64,000 nt of DNA, from the sequence record PZ809289.1. The stretch is one strand, 5' to 3'. Within the stretch, counting starts at the first letter, position 1. Every line of letters starts with the position of its first letter. This document shows, one piece after another, positions 35,438 through 46,077 of the stretch. The DNA is from a phage. The notes under the pieces were generated by a model that was not told the DNA's origin, searched no databases, and saw only the letters and a list, made by a program, of their open reading frames with translations. The position numbers were made by a program, and so were the translations under genes.

Positions 35438-36055
35438 ATGAAATACATCACATACCTGACAATATATTCCGGGACTAAGCTTCCACCGTTTTATATAGGG
35501 TCTACCACTTTAGAGAAGCATTCAAAAGGATATCACGGGAGTGTCCTTTCTAAAGCATATAAAGAAATCTATAAAAATGAGCTTTTAGAGCATCCAGAAT
35601 TATTTGACTCATGTATTGTAAGTGAACACCCTACAAGAGAAGAGGCTTTAGAAGCTGAAAGAATGTACCAGTTAAGAACGGATGCGGCCCAAAATCCTCT
35701 ATTCTTTAATAGGGCTGTCGCAGCTCCTAAAGGATTCTTTGGGCTTTCGCTACCTAAAGAGCAACACCCTCTTTACGGCTCTCATAATGCTAAAGGGTAT
35801 ATTCATTCCTATAATCCTATTACATTAGAACAAACCTTTGCACCTACAGTCCCCGAAGGATATGTAGAAGGTCGTTCACCTAATTATAAAGCATCTAGTC
35901 ATAATAAGGGCAGGAAGTGGTATAATAACGGAATAGAACATAAACTGATTAACCCATCTAATATTCCTGATGGGTGGGTCAAAGGTAAACTTCCTGGCTC
36001 TGCTTCTAAAGCAGCCTCCAAAATGTGGGAACGGATACGTAATGAAAATTCTTAA
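35438..36055 (+). CDS. GIY-YIG family homing endonuclease
   Basis: N-terminal YITYLTIYSGTKLPPFYIGST; freestanding, 3' end overlaps start of gene 47. Confidence 0.65.
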   Translation: MKYITYLTIYSGTKLPPFYIGSTTLEKHSKGYHGSVLSKAYKEIYKNELLEHPELFDSCIVSEHPTREEALEAERMYQLRTDAAQNPLFFNRAVAAPKGFFGLSLPKEQHPLYGSHNAKGYIHSYNPITLEQTFAPTVPEGYVEGRSPNYKASSHNKGRKWYNNGIEHKLINPSNIPDGWVKGKLPGSASKAASKMWERIRNENS

Positions 36056-37064
36056 TACGGGTGACTGGCACCTTGGAGTGAAGAACGACGACCCTTGGGT
36101 GCAAAATATTCAATTGGCAGGCATTAAAGACGCCATCAATTATTCTAAAGCAAATGGTATCACTGTCTGGATTCAGTATGGTGATATTTTTGATGTTCGT
36201 AAAGCAATTACTCATAAGTGCATGGAATTTGCCAGACATATTTCAGATTTGCTTAAAGAAAATGGCATTACCATGTATACTGTTGTTGGTAACCATGATG
36301 CACACTACAAAAATACCTTGACACCGAACGCTGCTTCTGAAGTTCTGGGTAAATACGACCATATCAAGGTTATTGAGAAACCTACTACGGTTAATTTTGA
36401 TGGTACAGAAATTGATTTGATTCCATGGATGTGTGAAGAAAACACGACCGATATCATGGACCATATCAAAAATACTACTGCCGATTTCTGTATTGGCCAC
36501 TGGGAATTAAATGGTTTCTATTTCTATAAAGGAATGAAATCACATGGTTTAGAACCTGATTTCCTTAAGAAGTATAAGCAAGTATGGTCTGGTCACTTCC
36601 ACACCATTTCTGATGCAGCAAACGTCAAGTATATTGGTACGCCATGGACCCTGACTGCAGGTGATGAGAACGACCCTCGTGGCTTCTGGATTTTCGATAC
36701 AGAAACCCATAAAATGGATTTCATCATCAATGAAACTTGTTGGCATCGTAAGATTCATTATCCGAATGCGACTATCGATTACAAAGATTTTACAAATATT
36801 GCGGTTCGTGTTATAGTCGATAAAATTGATGACGGGCTTACCAAGTTCGAATCTGAACTTGAAAAGGTTGTTCACTCTTTACGTATTGTGTCTAAGGTAG
36901 ATAACAGTGTTGATATCGATGATTCTGAAGAGGAAGATGAAGTTAAGTCCCTCTTGGATATGATGTATGATTATATCGATGCCCTTCCTGATGGCCACAC
37001 TGAAGACGATGTTAAAGCCCTTAAGACTATGGCCGCACAACTTTATAATGAGGTTACACGATGA
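36042..37064 (+). CDS. 47: recombination nuclease subunit gp47 (Mre11-like)
   Basis: MKILNTGDWHLGV..., GNHD, GHWE, GHFH phosphoesterase motifs; ATG 36042 rather than track start. Confidence 0.9.
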   Translation: MKILNTGDWHLGVKNDDPWVQNIQLAGIKDAINYSKANGITVWIQYGDIFDVRKAITHKCMEFARHISDLLKENGITMYTVVGNHDAHYKNTLTPNAASEVLGKYDHIKVIEKPTTVNFDGTEIDLIPWMCEENTTDIMDHIKNTTADFCIGHWELNGFYFYKGMKSHGLEPDFLKKYKQVWSGHFHTISDAANVKYIGTPWTLTAGDENDPRGFWIFDTETHKMDFIINETCWHRKIHYPNATIDYKDFTNIAVRVIVDKIDDGLTKFESELEKVVHSLRIVSKVDNSVDIDDSEEEDEVKSLLDMMYDYIDALPDGHTEDDVKALKTMAAQLYNEVTR

Positions 37065-37324
37065 CTTTAGATGAATTCAAAAAATCAGGCCTTGAACTAG
37101 AACACGACTGCATCGTTATTGATGACGATAACCAAACGAATATCATTAAGTTCTGGTTTGAAGCCGTGAGCACTCGCGATACCAACGAGCTTATTAAAGT
37201 TTATGTTGCTACTGATTGGGCTGTGGAATTTAGCTTTAATGTAATGGTAGATGATACTCCAGAAACATTAATTCATATGGCTGAATCATGCATCAAGGAT
37301 GCTTATAATGATGAAAATGTATAA
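37061..37324 (+). CDS. hypothetical acidic protein
   Basis: ATGA overlap with gene 47. Confidence 0.5.
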   Translation: MTLDEFKKSGLELEHDCIVIDDDNQTNIIKFWFEAVSTRDTNELIKVYVATDWAVEFSFNVMVDDTPETLIHMAESCIKDAYNDENV

Positions 37325-37523
37325 ACATGATTTTCATATTGGCGATGGCTGGTTCGGTAATGTAGAATGGGACGTGGATGGTTCTTGGTATACCGGAACT
37401 ATGTATGTCACTTCTGAATATTCTGAAGGTGTTTCATGGGCCATGGAACTTGACGACGTGTTTGCTTCTTCCGAAGAAATGCTAGAATATGCTGAACAAA
37501 CAATTCGTGAGAACAATACATGA
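37317..37523 (+). CDS. hypothetical acidic protein
   Basis: Start ambiguous among ATGs 37299-37317. Confidence 0.4.
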   Translation: MYKHDFHIGDGWFGNVEWDVDGSWYTGTMYVTSEYSEGVSWAMELDDVFASSEEMLEYAEQTIRENNT

Positions 37524-39202
37524 AAACGTTTAAGTTAAAGAAAGTAACGTATAAAAATATTATGTCGGTAGGCCAGCAACCTATTACAATCCAACTTGAT
37601 AAGGTCCAAAAGACCTTAGTCACCGGTAAAAACGGCGCTGGTAAATCTACGTTCCTTGAAGCCGTTACATTTGCTCTGTTCGGTAAGCCTTTTCGTGATG
37701 TTAAGAAAGGGCAGTTGATTAACTCAAGTAATAAGAAAGACCTTTTGGTCGAACTGTGGATGGAATATGATGGCAAAGAATACTATATCAAGCGCGGGCA
37801 AAAACCCAATATTTTTGAAATCTCTTGTGGCGGTGAACGTCTTGATGAATCTGCCAGCAGTAAAGACTTCCAAGCAGAATTTGAACAGCTTATCGGAATG
37901 TCATATACCAGTTTCAAACAGATTGTCGTACTTGGTACAGCAGGGTATACCCCTTTCATGGGTTTGTCGACCCCTGCGCGCCGAAAGCTTGTGGAAGACC
38001 TCTTAGAGGTTTCTGTATTAGCGGATATGGACAAGTTGAACAAATCTTTGATTCGTGAGACTAATAGCCAAATCCAAGTAATCGACGTTAAACAGGATTC
38101 TATTATCCAGCAAATTAAAATTTATAATGACAACGAAGAACGTCAGCGTAAATTATCAGGTGAGAACGCAGCACGTCTACAAACAATGTACGATGAGCTC
38201 GTTAAAGAAGCCAGGACTGCGAAGGGCAATATAGAAAAACTGACTGATGAATTACTCAATGTCATCGTCGATGATGACCCTAGCAACTCTATGAGTGACC
38301 TGAGCAATAAAGGATTTGCAATCAAGAATGATATGGCAACCTTTACTAAGGTCGTGAAATTATACGAAACCGGTGGTAGTTGTCCTACATGTATGCAAGG
38401 ACTGGAAGAGCATGGAAATATCCTTACTAAAATTAAGGATAAGAACTTTGAGCTTCAAAAATCTTTGGATAAGATTAACGAACAGTACCAAGAACTCAAG
38501 CTCATTAAGGACCAAGTAACCGAACAACGTAATAAAGCTCTGGCTATTAAATCTCAGATAGCTACTCATAAGCAACAAGCCATTACTGCCGTAGAGAAAG
38601 CTAAAAAAGTTAAAGTATTAATCGACCAAGCAGCTGCTGAGTTCGTAAGTAATGCCGAAGAGATTGCCGCGCTTCAAGCAGAGCTTGATAAAATCGTCTC
38701 TACCAAATCGTCCTTGGTAATGGAAAAATACCATCGTGGAATTCTGACAGAAATGTTGAAGGATACTGGTATTAAAGGTTCCATTATTAAGAAATACATT
38801 CCTATCTTTAATAAGCAGATAAATTCTTATTTGAAGATTATGGAAGCGGACTACGTCTTTACACTAGACGAAGAGTTCAATGAGACGATTAAATCACGTG
38901 GACGTGAAGACTTTAGTTATGCTTCATTTTCACAGGGTGAGAAAGCACGTATTGATATCGCACTACTTTTTACATGGCGCGATATTGCTTCTAAGGTATC
39001 AGGTGTTAATATCAGCACGTTAATTCTTGATGAGGTATTTGACAGTGCTACTGACGCTGAAGGCGTTAAGACCATTGCAACCATCTTGAATAGCCTTGAG
39101 GATACGAACGTGTTCATTATCTCTCACCGAGACCATGACCCACAAGCTTATGGCCAACATCTTCAAATGAAGAAAGTTGGACGATTCACGGTGATGGAAT
39201 GA
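37520..39202 (+). CDS. 46: recombination ATPase gp46 (Rad50/SbcC-like)
   Basis: Walker A GKNGAGKST, long coiled coil, signature/Walker B LILDEVFDSA, H-loop IISHRD. Confidence 0.9.
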   Translation: MKTFKLKKVTYKNIMSVGQQPITIQLDKVQKTLVTGKNGAGKSTFLEAVTFALFGKPFRDVKKGQLINSSNKKDLLVELWMEYDGKEYYIKRGQKPNIFEISCGGERLDESASSKDFQAEFEQLIGMSYTSFKQIVVLGTAGYTPFMGLSTPARRKLVEDLLEVSVLADMDKLNKSLIRETNSQIQVIDVKQDSIIQQIKIYNDNEERQRKLSGENAARLQTMYDELVKEARTAKGNIEKLTDELLNVIVDDDPSNSMSDLSNKGFAIKNDMATFTKVVKLYETGGSCPTCMQGLEEHGNILTKIKDKNFELQKSLDKINEQYQELKLIKDQVTEQRNKALAIKSQIATHKQQAITAVEKAKKVKVLIDQAAAEFVSNAEEIAALQAELDKIVSTKSSLVMEKYHRGILTEMLKDTGIKGSIIKKYIPIFNKQINSYLKIMEADYVFTLDEEFNETIKSRGREDFSYASFSQGEKARIDIALLFTWRDIASKVSGVNISTLILDEVFDSATDAEGVKTIATILNSLEDTNVFIISHRDHDPQAYGQHLQMKKVGRFTVME

Positions 39203-39390
39203 GTGATTTTATAACAGGCCAGCATTTGTTGGCCGTTCCTGAACTAAAGCGGTATGTTTTAGTTAATAACTTCTCTGGAGACGAACATCTTGTTACTGAA
39301 GATTATCTCCGAAATGCTTTTAAGTCAGAGTATGATAGAATCATGTCGAACAGGAATCCTGCCTGGTTCGTTTATGAATACTTTGATTAA
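39199..39390 (+). CDS. hypothetical protein (T4 45.2 position)
   Basis: ATGA overlap; 63 aa. Confidence 0.45.
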   Translation: MSDFITGQHLLAVPELKRYVLVNNFSGDEHLVTEDYLRNAFKSEYDRIMSNRNPAWFVYEYFD

Positions 39391-39450
39391 ATTAAGTGCT
39401 TTAAAATATTGATTTATAATACATCTACCAACCAAATGAGAGAAAATATT

Positions 39451-39864
39451 ATGTTTGCTAACGCTATTACTGTTAAAGATATCCAAGTTAAAACCATTCG
39501 TACTGATTCCAACCCACATAATCAAAACCGTATCCGTAAATCATGGGTACTGAATATTGATACCGACTCTGCACGTCGTCTGCAGTCTCTTCCACAAGAA
39601 ACTAAGTTCATGCTCTACGGTATCATTGATAACGACGTATCCGATAAGTGGGTAGAAATTATGCGTCGCCACTATAATGATTCACTGGCCGCAGGTGCTA
39701 AACTGGTTATCGACCGTGATGGTTCTGAACGTCTCGAAGATGATTATTGCGTAGATTTTGACGAACAACTGCTTGAAGCCGGTGCTATTGTTGCTTCCCA
39801 GATTCCAGAGTATATTGAATCTCTGCCTGAATCCATTCGTAAACAAATGATCGTTATTGCTTAA
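39451..39864 (+). CDS. hypothetical protein at rpbA position
   Basis: ATG 39451 after GAGAAAAT; assigned only by position upstream of gene 45. Confidence 0.4.
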   Translation: MFANAITVKDIQVKTIRTDSNPHNQNRIRKSWVLNIDTDSARRLQSLPQETKFMLYGIIDNDVSDKWVEIMRRHYNDSLAAGAKLVIDRDGSERLEDDYCVDFDEQLLEAGAIVASQIPEYIESLPESIRKQMIVIA

Positions 39865-39888
39865 TTTTTGACTTGATAAGGAAACATT

Positions 39889-40587
39889 ATGAAATTCTCT
39901 AAAGAAACTCTGAACATTCTGAAAAACTTCTCCAGTATTAACCCAGGTATCATGCTTAAGCCTGGTAACACTATTCTAACTCGTTCAGTAACGGGTGCAA
40001 GTTATGGTGAAGCTACTGTAAGCGATACCTTTGATATCGAAGCCGCAATCTATGATTTGAACGGCTTCTTAAGTATTCTGTCATTGGTATCTGATAGTGC
40101 TGAAGTTTCGGTAAGTGAAGACCAAACCACCTTAATTATTAAAGACCAACGTTCAACTATTAAATGGCCTATTGCCGACCCAAGTACAATTGCATTCCCA
40201 AGCAAAGCTATTCCATTCCCGGTGGCTGAAGTTATTTTTGACCTTAAAGCCGAAGATTACCAACAGTTGATGCGTGTGTCCTCTGGATTGAGTATTGATA
40301 CATTTGCTATCACTGTAGACAACGGTAAAATTGTAATCAATGGCTACAAACAAGTTGATGATAAGGACCTGGCACGTCCATTGTATTCCTTAGTGGTTGC
40401 AGACCATGATGGTCCTGAATTCAAATTCATTATCAACAAAACTAATATGAAAATGATGCCTGCCGATTACCATGTATTGTTATGGGCTCGTGGTGAAGGT
40501 CAGGACGCTCGTTTCGCAGCCAAGTTTGAAGGTTCACAAGCTTCTTATGTATTGGCTATGGAAGCAGGCTCAAGCCACTCGTTCTAA
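39889..40587 (+). CDS. 45: sliding clamp gp45
   Basis: MKFSKETLNILKNFSSINPGIMLKPGN...; colinear with T4 gp45 including PIADPSTIAFPSK and FEG...YVLAMEA. Confidence 0.95.
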   Translation: MKFSKETLNILKNFSSINPGIMLKPGNTILTRSVTGASYGEATVSDTFDIEAAIYDLNGFLSILSLVSDSAEVSVSEDQTTLIIKDQRSTIKWPIADPSTIAFPSKAIPFPVAEVIFDLKAEDYQQLMRVSSGLSIDTFAITVDNGKIVINGYKQVDDKDLARPLYSLVVADHDGPEFKFIINKTNMKMMPADYHVLLWARGEGQDARFAAKFEGSQASYVLAMEAGSSHSF

Positions 40588-41165
40588 TGTATATATGTTA
40601 TCATAATACGATAACCAACACTAAAACCAAGTGTGTCTATCATTATTTTGGTAGACACCGTGTTACTGCTGAAGAATACTACGGTACAGGTAAGTTTGTT
40701 AAGAAATGCAAACGAGAAAATGCTATTACTCCAGGTCTTTGGGAGTTTTGTGTTGAAGTTATCCATACAGTGGATACGTTTAAAGAAGCCAAGATTATTG
40801 AAGAAGAGCTTGTTAAAGAAGGCATATCAAAATATGGTATCCTTTGTGTTAATAAGAATCCTGGTGGTGATGGCGGTGTGGATTACCACACCGAAGAATC
40901 TAAACGTAAAATGTCAGAAACTAGAACAGGAAAATCAAGAATATTTTCCGAAAGTCATAAAGAAAATTTAAGTAAACGAGCCAGAAAATACTCTGATGTT
41001 TGGTCCGAACCTGTATATTCAAATCTTAAAACCATTTGGCTGGAAACAGGTATGTTAAAACGCGGACGGTTTAGTACGCTTTTACAAAAATATGGGTATA
41101 ATTATTCTGCGAATGAATTGAATAAAATTGTTAAACATTTTAATGAGGAAAATAATAATGAGTAA
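40587..41165 (+). CDS. GIY-YIG-like homing endonuclease inserted between genes 45 and 44
   Basis: N-terminal YICYHNTITNTKTKCVYHYFGRH, YYGTGKF and GGDGG motifs shared with the segB-like protein; T4 has no gene here. Confidence 0.6.
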   Translation: MYICYHNTITNTKTKCVYHYFGRHRVTAEEYYGTGKFVKKCKRENAITPGLWEFCVEVIHTVDTFKEAKIIEEELVKEGISKYGILCVNKNPGGDGGVDYHTEESKRKMSETRTGKSRIFSESHKENLSKRARKYSDVWSEPVYSNLKTIWLETGMLKRGRFSTLLQKYGYNYSANELNKIVKHFNEENNNE

Positions 41166-42135
41166 AGTAGTAAATGGTTTAACTATTAATGAAAACGACT
41201 TCATGTGGGAACAGAAATATCGTCCAGGTACTTTATCTGAGTGTATTCTGCCTGCTCATGATAAAGAAACCCTCCAAGCCATTGTTAATAAGGGCCTAAT
41301 CCCTAACATTATCCTAGTCTCTGCTTCACCAGGCACAGGTAAAACTACCGTAGCTAAAGCATTGTGTGCTGATACAAATTCAGATATGCTTTTTGTTAAC
41401 GGTTCCGACTGCCGTATTGATTTCGTTCGTAATGAACTTACTCGTTTTGCATCTTCCAAATCTATCGAAGGTAAACGTAAGGTAATTGTTATCGACGAAT
41501 TCGACCGTGCTGGTGTTGCTGAAGCTCAACGTCACCTTCGTTCGTTCTTAGAAGCCTATTCCTCAAACTGTTCTGTAATTATTACAGCAAACAATATTGA
41601 TGGTATTATCGGCCCACTTCAATCCCGTTGTCGCGTTATTAAATTTGGTGAAGCCACTCCAGCTGACCAAACATCCATGATGAAAGAAATGATTCATCGT
41701 GCTGTAGCGATCTGTAAAAACGAAAATATCGAAGTCGAAGACCTTAAAGTTATTGCTGCTTTAGTTAAACAAAACTTTCCTGATTTCCGTAAAACAGTTA
41801 ACCAACTGGACCGTTACTCATCCAGTGGTAAAATCGATACAGGCATTTTGAGTATTGTAATGAATACCAATTCGCCTATCGATGAAGTAGTGGCTGCACT
41901 TAAAGATAAAAACTTTAAAGAACTCCGTGCATTAGCTCCACGCCATGTCAATGACTATTCCAACTTTATTATGACGCTGGCTAACGAACTCTATGGTAAA
42001 TTGCCTGGGCCAAGCATTGTTAGAATGTATGAAATTGTCGGTGAAAATAACCAATACCACGGTATTGCGGCTAACCCAGAAATTCACATGACTTATCTGT
42101 TCATCCAACTTGCTCTGGAGCTCCAATGGCTATAA
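41158..42135 (+). CDS. 44: clamp loader large subunit gp44
   Basis: WEQKYRPGTL, Walker A SPGTGKTT, DEFDR, SRC motif; ATG 41158. Confidence 0.95.
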   Translation: MSKVVNGLTINENDFMWEQKYRPGTLSECILPAHDKETLQAIVNKGLIPNIILVSASPGTGKTTVAKALCADTNSDMLFVNGSDCRIDFVRNELTRFASSKSIEGKRKVIVIDEFDRAGVAEAQRHLRSFLEAYSSNCSVIITANNIDGIIGPLQSRCRVIKFGEATPADQTSMMKEMIHRAVAICKNENIEVEDLKVIAALVKQNFPDFRKTVNQLDRYSSSGKIDTGILSIVMNTNSPIDEVVAALKDKNFKELRALAPRHVNDYSNFIMTLANELYGKLPGPSIVRMYEIVGENNQYHGIAANPEIHMTYLFIQLALELQWL

Positions 42136-42698
42136 GTCTTTTTGATGATGACGTTGAACTGAACGAACATGAAGTTGCTTGGAAATCACGTAACGACGCT
42201 GCAATTCAAGCCTTGGCCGATTCATTTAAAGAAAAGGCTGAAAACGAACTGTTCGCCATTATGAACGATATCACATATGGTAAGAACCAACGTAACTTGG
42301 CTCAGTCGGAAAACTACAATCAATTTTGGCTCGATAATAGTTTGAGCCAACATGTGGATTGTATTATGCAGGCTGCAATGGTTAACTGTCTGAAACTTGA
42401 TGACCAAAGTCATTTCAACTATCTTTTACACGCTGTTCCTAAGGGTAAGAGGTTTGGTAAATGGGCTAAGGCCCATGATGATGAAGTTAGTGTAGTTTTT
42501 ATTACTCGTTTATTGATGAAATACCATTCAATTAATAATGATGACGCTTATCGTTATCTCGAGACTTATAAAATTAAAGGCCATCTTCCTGCAGTGCTTA
42601 AGAAGATGAAAGGGTTGGTTACGGACGAATTCCTGAAATCCGTAACTAAAAATGTTAAAGAACAAAAAGACTTGAAAAAGAAAGCATTGGAATGGTAA
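42126..42698 (+). CDS. 62: clamp loader small subunit gp62
   Basis: 187-190 aa, colinear with T4 gp62 (KEQKDLKKKALEW C-terminus). Confidence 0.85.
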   Translation: MAISLFDDDVELNEHEVAWKSRNDAAIQALADSFKEKAENELFAIMNDITYGKNQRNLAQSENYNQFWLDNSLSQHVDCIMQAAMVNCLKLDDQSHFNYLLHAVPKGKRFGKWAKAHDDEVSVVFITRLLMKYHSINNDDAYRYLETYKIKGHLPAVLKKMKGLVTDEFLKSVTKNVKEQKDLKKKALEW

Positions 42699-42704
42699 AT
42701 TAAA

Positions 42705-43067
42705 ATGATTGAAATTACTCTGAAACAACCTGAAGACTTCTTGAAAGTTAAAGAGACCCTAACTCGTATGGGTATCGCTAATAATAAAGAAAAGAAACTA
42801 TATCAATCCTGCCACATTCTGCAAAAGCAAGGGCTGTATTATATCGTCCACTTTAAAGAGATGTTACGTATGGATGGCCGCCAAGTTGATATCGATGGTG
42901 AAGACTACCAACGTCGTGATTCAATTGCCCAGCTTCTTAAGGAGTGGGGACTGATTGATATAGTAGACGACTCTGAGCTGTTCGAAATCACTAATAATTT
43001 CCGTGTCATTTCCTTTAAGCAGAAAAATGACTGGGAACTACTGTCTAAGTATACCATTGGTAATTAA
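42705..43067 (+). CDS. regA: translational repressor RegA
   Basis: MIEITLKQPEDFLKVKETLTRMGIANNK...NNFRVISFKQK, near-identical pattern to T4 RegA. Confidence 0.95.
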   Translation: MIEITLKQPEDFLKVKETLTRMGIANNKEKKLYQSCHILQKQGLYYIVHFKEMLRMDGRQVDIDGEDYQRRDSIAQLLKEWGLIDIVDDSELFEITNNFRVISFKQKNDWELLSKYTIGN

Positions 43068-43068
43068 T

Positions 43069-43284
43069 ATGATTCTTGAAATTGAAACGTGTGAACGTCT
43101 TAAAGAGGTATACGGACTTTCTCCAACTCAAACGATTTTTGACCTTTCCGAAGAGCTCCAAATAGAATTTCAAAAGGACCTCCAAAAGTTACTACATCCT
43201 GGCCAGCAAGTCTTCCAGGCTATGATTAAAACTAAAGACGAAGATGGTAATTCAACTATTAAACGTCAGACAATAGAAATTTAA
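43069..43284 (+). CDS. hypothetical protein
   Basis: ATG 43069 right after regA stop; 71 aa. Confidence 0.45.
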   Translation: MILEIETCERLKEVYGLSPTQTIFDLSEELQIEFQKDLQKLLHPGQQVFQAMIKTKDEDGNSTIKRQTIEI

Positions 43285-43287
43285 GCA

Positions 43288-43309
43288 AAGGGACTTCGGT
43301 CCCTTTTGG
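43288..43309 (+). terminator. terminator/attenuator hairpin
   Basis: AAGGGAC-TTCG-GTCCCTT followed by TTTT. Confidence 0.5.
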
Positions 43310-43365
43310 AGTATAATGATTCATCAACAAACAAAAGACAATCACTCGTCTATAAAGGAAATGAA

Positions 43366-46077
43366 ATGCAAGAATTCTATTTGACAGTCGAACAAATCGG
43401 TGATAATATTCTCGAACGTTACATCGATAAAAATGGTAACGAACGTAGTCGTGAAGTTCCTTACAAGCCTACAATGTTTATGCATGCTAATCCAGAGCAA
43501 GCCGTAAAATACATTGATATCTATGGTAAGGGTTGTGTTAAGAAAGAATTCGATTCTATGCGTGATGCATCCCAATGGATGAAACGTATGGATGATATGG
43601 GTCTCGAAGCCCTGGGTATGGACGACTATAAATTAGCCTATTTGTCTGATACCTATCGTAAAGAAATCAGATATGATTCTTCTAAGATTCGTATTGCTAA
43701 CTTCGACATCGAGGTAACATCTCCTGATGGATTCCCTGAACCAGCTCAGGCTAAACATCCTATCGATGCCATTACCCACTACGACTCGATTGACGATAAA
43801 TTCTATGTATTCGACCTTTTAGTTTCGCCTTATGGTACTGTCGAAGAGTGGTCGATTAAAATCGCTGAGAAACTCCAAGACGAAGGCGGTGACGAAGTTC
43901 CACAAGAAATCATTGACAAAATCGTTTATCTTCCGTTTAATTCTGAAGAAGAAATGATGCTTGAGTACTTGAATTTCTGGCAACAGAAAACTCCTGTGAT
44001 TTTGACTGGATGGAACGTTGAGTCGTTTGACGTACCATACGTTTATAACCGTCTGAAAAATCTGTTCGGTGAGAACACTGCTAAGCGATTAAGCCCACAT
44101 CGTAAAACTCGTGTTAAAGTTATCGAGAACATGTACGGTGCTCGTGAAATCATTACATTGTTCGGTATCTCTGTTCTGGATTATATCGACCTGTATAAAA
44201 AATTCAGCTTTACCAACCAGCCTTCTTATTCTCTGGATTATGTTTCTGAATATGAATTGAAAGTAGGTAAGTTGAAATATGATGGCCCAATCTCCAAGTT
44301 ACGTGAGACGAACCACCAACGATATATTTCCTATAACATTATCGACGTATATCGTGTAGTGCAGATTGATATGAAGCGTCAGTTCATTCTTCTGAGTTTG
44401 GACATGGGTTATTATGCCAAGATGCAGATTCAGTCGGTGTTCAGCCCAATTAAGACTTGGGACGCTATTATCTTTAATAGCCTTAAAGAACAAGGCAAGG
44501 TAATTCCACAAGCTCGTTCGCACGTGGTCCAACCTTATCCTGGTGCTTTCGTTAAGGAACCGATTCCTAACGCTTACAAATATGTAATGAGTTTCGACCT
44601 TACATCTCTGTACCCGAGTATCATTAGACAAGTGAATATAAGCCCAGAGACCATCGCAGGGACATTCGCTAACGCACCGATACATGAATATATTGCCGGA
44701 ACAGCTCCGCGTCCTAGCGACACCTACAGTTGCTCTCCTAACGGCATGATGTATTATAAAGACCGTGAAGGTGTGATTCCGACAGAAATCACAAAGGTAT
44801 TCTTGCAGCGTAAAGAACATAAAGGTTACATGCTTGCAGCTCAACGTAATGGCGAGTTAATTAAAGAAGCATTGGAAAATCCTAATCTCTCAGTTGATAG
44901 TCCACTGGATATCGATTATCGTTTTGACTTCTCTGACGAAATCAAAGCCCAGATTAAAGCACTGTCAGCGCCTTCTTTAAGAGAAATGTTGAAGAAAGCC
45001 GAGCTCACTGAAGTTGCAGGTAACACTGCTCAGATTAACCGTAAGTTGCTTATCAACTCCCTTTATGGTGCACTTGGTAACGTATGGTTCCGTTACTATG
45101 ACCTCAGGAACGCAACTGCAATCACATTGTTTGGTCAAATGGCCCTCCAATGGATTGAACGTAAGGTTAACGAATATCTGAATAGCGTGTGTAAGACTGA
45201 AAACCAGAAGTTCGTGCTCTACGGTGATACTGACTCCATTTATGTTAAGGCAGATGCAATCATCAATAAAGTAGGCGAAGATAAATTCCGTGATACTAAC
45301 CACTGGGTCGACTTCTTAGATAAATTTGCACGTGAACGTATGGAACCAGCTATTGATGCAGGCTTCCGTGAGATGTGTGAGTACATGAACAACAAACAGC
45401 ACTTGATGTTCATGGACCGAGAAGCTATCGCAGGTCCTCCACTTGGTTCTAAAGGCCTTGGTGGATTCTGGACAGGCAAGAAACGTTATGCACTTAACGT
45501 TTGGGACATGGAAGGTACTCGTTATGCTGAACCACACTTGAAAATCATGGGTCTCGAAACTCAGAAATCAAGTACACCTAAAGCAGTTCAGAAAGCTCTG
45601 AAGGAATGTATCCGTCGTATGCTTCAGGAAGGCGAGGCATCTTTGCAAGAATATTTCAAACAGTTTAATAAGGAATTTAACGAACTCGATTATGTAAGCA
45701 TTGCAGCAGTATCCAGTGCTAACAACATCGAGAAATATAATGAAGGTGGATTCCCGGGTTCTAAATGTCCATACCACATCAAAGGTTGCTTAGCTTACAT
45801 GCGTGCTTCTGCAGGTGATTTGACTATGCCTCGCATCGTTGATGGTGAAAAGGTATATGTACTGCCACTTAAAGAAGGCAACCCGTTTGGTGAAGCTTGT
45901 ATGGCATGGCCGTCAGGTATTGAACTTCCGGTTCAGATTCGTGACCAAGTCCTCCGTTGGATGGACTACAACGTACTGTTCCAAAAGACCTTTATCAAAC
46001 CTCTGACCGGTTTTACTGAGTCTGCTAAAATCGACTACGAGAAAAAAGCAACATTATTTGATATGTTCGACTTTTAA
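43366..46077 (+). CDS. 43: DNA polymerase gp43 (family B, T4/RB69-type)
   Basis: Exo motifs FDIEV..., YGDTDS polymerase motif, KKRY; N-terminus MQEFYLTVEQIGD; ATG 43366 after AAGGAA. Confidence 0.97.
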   Translation: MQEFYLTVEQIGDNILERYIDKNGNERSREVPYKPTMFMHANPEQAVKYIDIYGKGCVKKEFDSMRDASQWMKRMDDMGLEALGMDDYKLAYLSDTYRKEIRYDSSKIRIANFDIEVTSPDGFPEPAQAKHPIDAITHYDSIDDKFYVFDLLVSPYGTVEEWSIKIAEKLQDEGGDEVPQEIIDKIVYLPFNSEEEMMLEYLNFWQQKTPVILTGWNVESFDVPYVYNRLKNLFGENTAKRLSPHRKTRVKVIENMYGAREIITLFGISVLDYIDLYKKFSFTNQPSYSLDYVSEYELKVGKLKYDGPISKLRETNHQRYISYNIIDVYRVVQIDMKRQFILLSLDMGYYAKMQIQSVFSPIKTWDAIIFNSLKEQGKVIPQARSHVVQPYPGAFVKEPIPNAYKYVMSFDLTSLYPSIIRQVNISPETIAGTFANAPIHEYIAGTAPRPSDTYSCSPNGMMYYKDREGVIPTEITKVFLQRKEHKGYMLAAQRNGELIKEALENPNLSVDSPLDIDYRFDFSDEIKAQIKALSAPSLREMLKKAELTEVAGNTAQINRKLLINSLYGALGNVWFRYYDLRNATAITLFGQMALQWIERKVNEYLNSVCKTENQKFVLYGDTDSIYVKADAIINKVGEDKFRDTNHWVDFLDKFARERMEPAIDAGFREMCEYMNNKQHLMFMDREAIAGPPLGSKGLGGFWTGKKRYALNVWDMEGTRYAEPHLKIMGLETQKSSTPKAVQKALKECIRRMLQEGEASLQEYFKQFNKEFNELDYVSIAAVSSANNIEKYNEGGFPGSKCPYHIKGCLAYMRASAGDLTMPRIVDGEKVYVLPLKEGNPFGEACMAWPSGIELPVQIRDQVLRWMDYNVLFQKTFIKPLTGFTESAKIDYEKKATLFDMFDF

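Noticed and set aside
40633-40971. 112-aa alternate-frame ORF
   Set aside because: Lies within the GIY-YIG-like endonuclease gene 40587-41165; no independent start signal.
44299-44844. 181-aa minus-strand ORF inside DNA polymerase gene 43 (and similar antisense ORFs at 11729-12205, 36549-36875, 31894-32283, 49557-49991, 47579-47893)
   Set aside because: All lie antisense to strongly supported plus-strand genes, lack ribosome-binding sites and have low-complexity translations; treated as chance ORFs.
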